In this document: positions 54,598 through 64,000 of the stretch, piece after piece
Position numbering within the stretch: position 1 is the first letter of the stretch
How the letters are laid out: each line of letters begins with the position of its first letter
NCBI GenBank assembly: GCA_951406725.2
Contig: OX597822.1
Location: 49,724,001-49,788,000, forward strand
Source: Octopus vulgaris
Lineage: Eukaryota
DNA length: 64,000 nucleotides
Reading direction: 5' to 3'
The notes under the pieces: model-generated
Databases searched by the model: none
Told to the model about the DNA's origin: nothing
The model's input: only the letters and a program-made list of their open reading frames with translations
Translations under genes and position numbers: made by a program

Positions 54598-55439
54598 ATA
54601 TGTACATATGTGTGTCTGTGTCTGTTAAAAAAAGTAGCTGCATTTTCTGTCGTTGATTGCAAATAAGTATATGTAATGTTATGCAAACGAACCGCGTCTC
54701 CGAACATAAATACTATGAAAATTATGATCTCCACCCCATGAAATTACTTCAGAAATAATATGAATATTGCAAAATACCAGTGGATTAGAGAATAAGATGC
54801 AAGATTATCTTTATATCTTTAAGTTTATTTTGTAGTTCATACTCTTGGGATAGCCACAATAAGAAACAATCATGTAATATAATTAATTTTTAAACGTTCC
54901 CATCGCTTCAAGGTTCTGACCTGTGTTAGAAATCAATATTTTCGTTTATTTGAAATCAAGATTTCGGAACATGGTTATTCTTTTATTTCTGGAAAAAATC
55001 TGGAGATCATAACTTTTTCAGAACATTTAGTCACGCAAAGAGTAAGGAGAAGTTTCATATTCTTACGTTCGTCTTCCCATGTCGTCGTTTTCACAGTCAC
55101 TATTTAAACTTTATGCTTCGCAGATGCTGAGTAGACATTATCTCCATATAACAGTAATCGTATTTGACCTAATCTTTAATATATAAGGCGTTTTAATATG
55201 ATGAGTATTTATATAAGTAGAACTATTGTAAGTATACTATGAAAAAAATGTCAGCTTGTATTTTAGTCTTAAAATCTAACAAGTTACTATACATGTTAGT
55301 TAGTTATATTGGTAGAGAAACCACACATTTGTACGACTAAACATATAAAACGAAAAAGAACACCGATTGCGGGGTAATGTGAAAGCAATAGATATATCCC
55401 CAAGAAAAAATGATACGTAACATTTAGTTCCACTTAAGT

Positions 55440-55625
55440 CAGTCAGCTGGTAGAGATGTTAGCAAGCCGGGCAAAATACTTTGCGGTATTTCGTCCGTTC
55501 GTATTCTGCCGATGTCGATTTTCGGGGTCAATAAAATAATTCCCAACTTAGGCCTGGTGTGGTTGTAATCGACTTATAGCTTCCTCCGTATTTGCGGGCC
55601 TTGCGCCGAACTTTCAAACCAATAT
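55440..55625 (+). mobile_element. Degenerate, deleted family B SINE
   Basis: AGCTGGTAGA..GTTAGC..GCGGTATTTCGTCCG..TTCGGGGTCAATAAAATAA. Confidence 0.55.
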
Positions 55626-58191
55626 TTAGTTTCGTATAACTTGCCGTAACAGAAATACTGACACAAGGCGCGCGTGCACGTATGTATGTATGTGGATCAA
55701 TTATAAAACACTTTACACGTATACGTTTGAGAAATACATTTATTTTGCTGTTAGAAATGTCAATGCGGTTAATACAATCAAAATAAGACCCAGTCGTTAT
55801 ACAGGAGTAAAGTGAGAGTGAAGGAGATACGGCTAATGTATGATAAGTAAACATACATACGTAAAATTTATCTGCACACGTTGTATCTCAGCGTTCTACA
55901 ATACCCATCAAAACTAAAGCTGTTAGAGCACAACTCGCGATAAGTTTTTTTTCATAGCGACACAAATATACATCAAAATACTAAATCTATACGGCAGTGA
56001 AATGTGTGTGATGCAATATCTCTTAGCTGCTTTATCGCTCGTTGGAATCGAACGTATTAGAGGCGAGTAACAAATTATGGAAATCCACTTGAAATGTTTT
56101 TTGGTGAGTCATTTTTCCGTTGGTTCTACAGAGCAATTGCGGTGGTTTAACCAAAGCTTCTTTGTAAACAGCAAATCTAAATGCTCGTTTATTAAGCGTC
56201 CATGATAGGAATGTGTAATTCGAGTTAATACTGTATTTCTAATACTTATGGTAACGAAACTTGGCAATGTTATCTTTCTTCAGCGCCAAACAATCTTGCC
56301 ATGGGTGCTACTAGAAAATGATCACATTTTTACAAGAAGTTGACTGTAAATATATAATCAAAATCTGACAAACTTGCTTGCAATAGGTTACAATAATAAA
56401 GGAAATTGAATCCCTGCATTTCAATACTGATAAACGTGAAATAAATGATTTCCTAAAATGTTTCGTATTCATGTTTAGTGCATAGATCTTCACTTCAATA
56501 AGCTACGGTAAAATAAATGTTGTGCAATGCATCAAACACAACATCCCCCTGACGTATTGTCTTTTCTAAAATTGTAACAGAAAATAATCAATCTTCTGTG
56601 AATTATACAATAACGAGGAATATATATATAATATTAACGAGTATATACAATTCTCTGAGCATATATCTTTTGATAATCTTGTGAGAATTTTCACAAAACT
56701 ACTCATCAATTTCCTATTGGGCACTTAAATATTGTTAGGTTATTCTTTGCTTTATCTCTTCGATACGTATTTTGTTGGTTCTGTTCTGCATCATAATAAG
56801 CAGGTAAAAGTAGTTATATTCCTTAAGCACAGCACATTGATAGAATAAAAAACAATAGTGGCAATACTTTAGAACATAAGCAGACAAACATAATTCATAT
56901 ATTTCAAATTAAACATTATCCGTATTTAGTTTATATGAGAAGTTCTTTATGTATAAATTTAGACAACTACATTAAAATGTAATATTTGATGAGATACAGC
57001 GAAGGAGTGATTGCAGTACGATACCATAGGCTATTTATTCCCTTTTCTACAGTGTACTCATTTGTCCCACATCGTCGCATTGTTTCCGAACTAGGTTCCT
57101 TTGTTAGACTTCTACAATTCTAACTCTCACTCACACGGCTAATGTCTGAATGCCGATAATTCGTCCTTATAAACTAAATATGTTATTGCATTCAATCGAC
57201 TACACTTCACGAACTGTGTTGTCGGTATGTTTTAATTATTTCATAAAAACTAATTCCCTTTCTTCGAATCTTTTATTTTGTGGTGATTAAAAAGAAGGTG
57301 AATCTTCTTAGGAGATAGTTAATCGACTCACAACAACAATTAACATCATTTCGCTTCCTTAACATGACACTGAACTAGAAAATATCTATATAATTTCCAT
57401 ACACGTAGAAGATTGCTATTTATATAATTCCCATACACGCACCCATGCATTTGTAAACTTTATATATAGCACTCTGTTCTTGCTAATATCTTAGAGTATT
57501 TAATTACAGGACAGAACCACTACCGTAGTTTGATAATGTATTTTAAGTCGCATTTATTTTGGAAATCTTATAAGTGGGTTTTAGAAAAAAATGTGAAATC
57601 CTACAGGTTAGTTTCACTCTCTGAAAGAAGTGCACTGAAATAGGTAAATTGAGATTATAGCGGTTTGCAGGAAAAATAGAAAAATAATATTAGGCATGAA
57701 GCAATCTAATAAATTTTGGTATTGATTTTCTGCTGTTCTGAATCAAGTACGATTGACTTTGCAATATATGCCACGACGTGATATCTTTAAAATAAAAACA
57801 ATATTTATCCGTAAGCCAAATTATATTTATTCAAACAGTCGAGTCGTGTCCTAAAGGGTATATCAGAAAAAGTACAAAGGAAACATACTGAATAGTGCGA
57901 GCACAATTTCTAAAAGAATTGACTATTTTTCCAAACAGCTAAGAATTCTTAAGCTGTACAACACTGTACAACATTTATATCATTTTCCTCCTTATTTTGT
58001 GAATTTCAATGTTAAAGCTATGTTCTTCAACATATGAAATAGGGGCACTCTATTAACACATTGCCACATTGTGTTTTAAATCATTCACACAAAAAGAACT
58101 GTTTTAATTATGAATTTATTTCGACTTGATCTCAGAACCTGTAGTTGAAAGCAAAATATTTACATAGTAATAGAGACATGATAGTCAGTTA

Positions 58192-58240
<49 letters not shown>
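58192..58240. repeat. (AAT)n microsatellite
   Basis: Direct reading. Confidence 0.95.
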
Positions 58241-60438
58241 TTTACTATCGACTTTATGTAAATTAAAGAAGATCAAAATGTAACCTGTTGAAGAGATTTA
58301 TGATATCAGTTTAAAGCGATTTGACTGAGAATGGATAGGGCACAAATGTGTTTCAAGGAGACTCAATGGTAACATTGAAGTGAAAACCTTTTCATAGGTT
58401 CACACGATATCATAAGCGGTTCTTTGACTTAAGTTACAGTAGGCTTTCTTCTTGATCTGAAACTGCTGAAAATATGATATCAATGACTAATGATCAACTC
58501 TAAAAAGTTTAATCACCATTTTATATGAAATTAGAGTAACGGTTTCCTTTAAGTGAGAATAGAACCACGAACGTCTACGTCTTTCCATTTGTAAAGTTCA
58601 AACGCCTTTTTTTATATTTTTCAAGAGCCAATATTATGATACGTTTTTAACAACACGTGATAATTAAATTGAAACATTTTCAGTTGAGTAGTAAAATTCT
58701 CGAAACTTTCCGATGCTAGCAAATTAAACACTTTATTGGTTAACATTAAAAGCATCACCCTTAACCTATGTTTCCAATTTATTAAATACATTAATTCGAA
58801 GATATTCGTTGACCAAGTTTTAACACAATATTATAGACGATATTGTTATTGTTTTCTCTTTTGTTCGCTCATGGCGCTGCTCTTGTTGCCGTTACTGATA
58901 TTGTAGACAATGTAATCAATATTCGAAGTTGTCGATAGGGTTGTGAGTGAAGCAAAGAATAGAAATTAAATGAAAATGTAATTGAACGGTGACAATCTAT
59001 GAAAAGAGATGGTCAACATTCAGCTATAATAATTACAACAGCTTCAATTCATAAACATCCAGCTAAGAAGCAGCCTTAAATTATCCGTAACATTCAACTC
59101 GAAACATATGCAAAAACAAAAGAAGACAATGCACTAGAATCATTATTAATTTTTTTTCTTTTTAAAACTATTAAACATTAACTAATTCAGTGTTTCGTTC
59201 AAGTATGGTAATGTTTAGTTGCTGAAACAACATTTTATATACAACTTCAAGTTCCATATAAAATTTTGTTTGCCTCTCACCAAACTCCAATTCATGTCGT
59301 ATAATGTTGATCTTTGTAAGAACAAAAGTGTTTATAGTAGAAGCCTCTCCGTCTCTCCGATATCTATTTTAAAATGATGTGAAGCAATGTCAATTTATCT
59401 GTGTTGTGTATCTATAATATGGGGCAGCGAAAAGATAACTGTTCCTTCATAAGCAATTAGTATATTCCTGCGTGTTTCTTTATCTTGTAAGTAGAACAAA
59501 AATATTTGCAGATAAGAGAGAAGAGGCGAATACATCGAGCTGTGTACTTGTATATTTAATTTCTCAGTTGATATCCTTATTTATGTGGATTAAATAAATA
59601 TCAGAATAGTTCACGAATTCATTTGGTCAAGAACCACCATCCACGAATTTGTGGATGTGTGCCTTACAAAGAAATCACTATTCAGTTGGAATTTGCAATG
59701 GTAGAATGAATTAAGCTGTTTGTTTATCTCCACATTTAGAGCTCAATCGTAGCAACCATTTTTACTTTCCATAAATAACTACCATTTAAAAAACTAGTAT
59801 TTATTTAATAGGTTAAACTAACAAAATATGTGTGATCCCATATCTATCTAACAGAAATTATTCTTTGGTCGGAAGTGGGAGGCGCATTGGAAATACTATA
59901 GTGTGACGGAGAAAACAGTATGAAGTACCAAGTTACGTTCCTTCTCAATCTAAGTACAAATTACTGAGAGATAGCATAACCGCCATCATGATGCGAAGTC
60001 CTAATATGATACATTTTTTTACACTGTTAGCTACATTGAAAATCGGTCATGAATAGTACAATTGAAAGATCATTTGATTAAAATCTTTGTAGCAATTCTT
60101 CGCAGTATGCCACTAGAATGGGGTATTTGAAATTTTGAAACGTTGAACGAAAATGATTATACTATTTGTGTTTCTCTTTAAGTTTAGAATGTAAAAGTAA
60201 CTTAACTTTAGTTCAACGGCACGCGAACTACTACATGTTTTCAGAGCTGTTCCAATCGACAATACATTTTCGCATGCGATCTATACCTTGCGAATTATTA
60301 ATGTTAAGAAACGCACCTGGATATATATATTCTCACAACATAACACACATCCATAAATGCAGGGCGGCTGTGCACGTGTTAATACCCACACGCACGTATG
60401 CATGCACACACACGAAATGAATCTTATATACATTCATA

Positions 60439-60629
60439 TTAATACTTTCACTGCATGTAAGTACTGGATATAGTATTTTGTGTGTGTGTGTGTCTGTGGG
60501 TGGGTGTATGTGTATGTGCTTGTGTGTATTAGCATGCATTATGTGTGTGTATGTTGTACACACACGCACGCAAACATACATACGCGCATATATACTATAT
60601 CCAGTACTTACATGCAGTGAAACTATTAA
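60439..60629. repeat. Inverted repeat (31-bp perfect arms) around a (TG)..(CA) core
   Basis: 60446-60476 TTTCACTGCATGTAAGTACTGGATATAGTAT is the exact reverse complement of 60592-60622. Confidence 0.9.
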
Positions 60630-62354
60630 CAGGTGTATATACGTTTATATAAATTGTAAAGGTAAATAATACATTTTCTAAAAATTGCCTGAAATATATA
60701 TATTCTGAATGTAAATTTTAAAACGTTTATTCGTTAACGGCATATATTGTGTGCATTTATATGTTGTTATTTTTCTGACGATAGCTATATCCCACGTATA
60801 AATCATGGAGGCTCTGAAAAATATTATGAGTGATGTGCTTTGGGATCATACAAACCGTACAAAAGAATGAAAAGGCAAAAGAAAAACGATAGGACATGAT
60901 TTTCATGCTAATGTATATTTTGAAATATGTACAACTGCTGCACGGTAATCCACAAACACATAACATGTGTTAACACTCGGTATTATATTTATTTGAGAGT
61001 GCCGGGTATTGTAGATTTGACATCTGAGACGTCGGAGAAAATACTATGCATTATTTCTTCCAATTTTTACAGTCTGGTTTCAAATCTTGCCGAGCTCAAA
61101 CAATAAAACTACATAGGACAGACGGACGTTTCATTACGCGGAAGATACTTACACCCCACCCCGTAATGGAGTCAAGAACATGACTAACACCCTACCTTCA
61201 AATTTCTAGGCCCTGTGCCGAAATCAGAAAGCATTATATCGAAATTATTTCGTAATAATTGGCCTTAATTATTAATGCAGATGCGTGATATATCAAAGAC
61301 GGTATCCCAGTGAGAGACAATGCATTTTTTGGTTCAATTCTCTGGGCCCTTCAGTTAGAACAATTATACCATGAGATTATAAAATGAAAGTAAAACTACG
61401 TTCCATTCTTTTGTCGAAATATACTAAAATGCTACATATGTCATATATAAAAGAATCTTAGAAATCAGGTTTAACCAAACCATGAATATTCTTGTACTGT
61501 ATGTGAGGTGTATGATATGGAAAGGGCATGGAAACTGAAATAGCTACAGTATGATCAATCACGTTGGGAACAACTGAGTAATGAATTTTCTAATTTATGT
61601 CAGGTGTTAATACAAAATAATTCATTTCTGATAATCTTTTCCTATGACTGATTTTGGATTATGGATTTCAGCAACCCACTCGTGATGATGAAAAAATTTG
61701 AAACTAATTTACTTAGAAAGGAAATGTATATTCTTTATTGCTTTCTGTCTGTCTACGACGATGAAGAAGTAAATTCCAGTGTACTTTACCTTCTAAATAT
61801 TTTAGGTGCTAGTTTATAATGTAACACAGTTGTATTTTTTAAAGAAATAATATTTTTATTGCAATTCATGGTTAAAAGAGAAGCAAAATGAAAAATATAC
61901 GACTAGATACACATAACTTTTAAAACTGGTATTAGTTTGAAAAGGAAGAATACAAAAAATATATGAATATCTATATCCATCTGGTCTATTTGCAGCTCTT
62001 CAAATCTAGCTCTATAAACAGTAAAACACAAAGAAAAAATGCATTTCGTACATTATAATGTTAAGCGTGAAATTAGAATATGATACATGTGTGATTTCAG
62101 TAAAGAAAGTGACAAAAAATAATTTTAAAAAATTTGATGGTATTGATATGATAAAAAAAATATATATGTTATACAAATAAAATTATTAAAATTCGTTTTT
62201 TCCTAATGCATTGTGTATATTTGAGTAACCGATCGATTTAAAAGATGTTCTGTGTAACTCGAGATATTCTGACATCGACTGAACACTTAATATTTGCCAA
62301 TGAAATCGTTAAGGATTAAAAAATTTAGAAAAAATGTGTATATAAGCAATTTCC

Positions 62355-62570
62355 GAATGATCCTTTCGACTATAGGCTCACTGCTTGAAATTTGTGGGTA
62401 GGGGGTTACTTGATTACGTCGATCTCAGTACTCGATTGGCACTTATTTTATCGATATCGAAGGAAATAATGCAAAGTCGACCTCCGCGAAATTTGAGCTC
62501 AGAAAGTAAAGGACAAAATGCCGCTAAACATTTTATCCGGACGCTAATGATTCTGCTAGCACGCCACCTT
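62355..62570 (-). mobile_element. Family B Meta-SINE
   Basis: TGGCACTTATTTTATCGA..CGAAGG..GCAAAGTCGACCTC..AATTTGAGCTCAGAA. Confidence 0.7.
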
Positions 62571-63219
62571 AGACAATCTGTGAATAATGACAAAGGTGTT
62601 TTTTGTCATCATTTAATACAGTACCTGCTTAAATGTAATACTTAACTTTTTTGAATTCGCCAGAACATTCAGTATTTGCGATTTCTTTCGACAAAACCTT
62701 TGGCAGACGCGAAGCGGGTGACCACATTTTATGATTACTGCTGAAAATATTTCCGCCAATTAGCGAACCGTAAACACAAAACCCATAGGACTACTCATTT
62801 TGTGTTTTCCGACAGATAGAGCCAAACAAAAACTTGCCTTCTAAAGCGCACTTGCCGGTTCAAAGGCTTGATTCTAGTATACTACTGAGTTCAATTTAAT
62901 ATATTTGATGCAACCGAATATTTAAATAAACATCTATAAATTTAAATGATTTCTAAGGTCATGTCAACTTTGAGCCAACGGATTTTGCAATCAAAATCGT
63001 TCCAGCCACGACCATCAAATCTTTTTTTTTCACGAACACAGTATTTAATTAATATGCTTTCCTCTTAAGTTGGTATCTTATCCAAGGTGTTATTGGCGTT
63101 ACGTCATTAACTCAAAATATCGTACACACATACATATATATGTATGTGTATATTATATATATACACACACATGCACATATAGACATATAAAAATAGAAAC
63201 ACTCATACATACAATTTAT

Positions 63220-63690
63220 TACTCTTTTATTCTTTGACATGTTTCAGTCATTTGAGAGGAGCTCCGCCTTTTAGTCGAGCAAATCAAACCCTAGAACTTA
63301 TTCTTTCTAAGCCTAGTACTTATTCTATCGTTCAGTTTTTGCCGAACCGCTAAGTTACGGAGATATAAGCACACCAGCATCGGTTGGCAAGCAATGTGGG
63401 GGGAACAAAACAGGCACAAACATACACACACTCACACACACACACACGCGCGCGCGCACACACACACACTCATACACATACACATATATATATATATATA
63501 TATATATACGACGGGCTTCCTTCAGTTTCCGTCTACCAGTCATTTGACTGCGGTTTTACTGGAGCACTGCCTTGATGGTTTTAGTCGAACAAATCGCCTC
63601 CAGGTCTTATTTTTCTTTACATGCCTGGTACTTATTTTTTCGGTTTCTTTTGCCGAACGCGCTAGATTACGGGAAGTAAACACAGGGAAA
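63220..63690 (-). mobile_element. Composite of two family A SINE pieces
   Basis: The first copy (63220-~63537) ends at GTCTACCA and is fused to a second 3' piece beginning CAGTCATTTGACTGCGG. Confidence 0.8.
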
Positions 63691-63961
63691 ACTTTATGAA
63701 AGTACCAAAATAACTATAAAATCTACACAGAAAACGTCAATCAAATACTAGTCCGCTTCAATTACAAATCGCCAATGTTTTATTAGCATCACAAAATGAT
63801 GCAATTTTCTTATATTTTATGTTAAGAATAAATTGCAATCATTTTAAATAGTATTTTACTTTTTCTCGTTCCATCCAAGCTCGATAAGACACGATCATTC
63901 ATAAAATAATAGATTAAGCAGCCCCAGATGTCGTTTCGATTCTCTTTTCTCTTGCTTCAAG

Positions 63962-63985
63962 GATTCGTTCGGTGATAGAAAGAAG
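63962..63985 (+). other. Candidate 24-nt microexon of an unidentified host gene
   Basis: Polypyrimidine tract TCTCTTTTCTCTTGCTTCAAG| and consensus donor AAG|GTAAGT. Length is divisible by 3 and open in phases 0 (DSFGDRKK) and 1. Confidence 0.4.
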
Positions 63986-64000
63986 GTAAGTTGAGAGTAC

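Noticed and set aside
57385-57440. Short tandem duplications (also ~9777-9825)
   Set aside because: Ordinary slippage-scale duplications with no further structure.

Overview
AT-rich, microsatellite-dense eukaryotic DNA, most likely intronic or intergenic sequence from an octopus. The organism call is inferred from recalled Octopus-type tRNA/CORE and Meta SINE families and was not database-checked. No intact protein-coding gene is visible, and most ORF-track entries are microsatellite translations (YIYI, LSIY, CVCV, poly-N/I). The window is a layered mobile-element landscape. It holds a complete Chapaev3 (CMC) DNA transposon with a TTA target-site duplication, deleted maT and Tc1 remnants, Penelope-like RT and GIY-YIG fragments with an inversion, and a young Tx1/L1-type 3' end inside (TATC)n. 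It also holds a stack of Dong/R4 LINEs plus a non-coding partner element, repeatedly inserted into (TAA)n, and three SINE families. The strongest second-look signals are a minimal type I hammerhead ribozyme fold (29016-29058, minus), a ~336-bp tandem pair with decayed hammerheads (50.65-51.2 kb), three long fold-back palindromes tied to microsatellites, and a candidate 24-nt frame-preserving microexon at 63962-63985.
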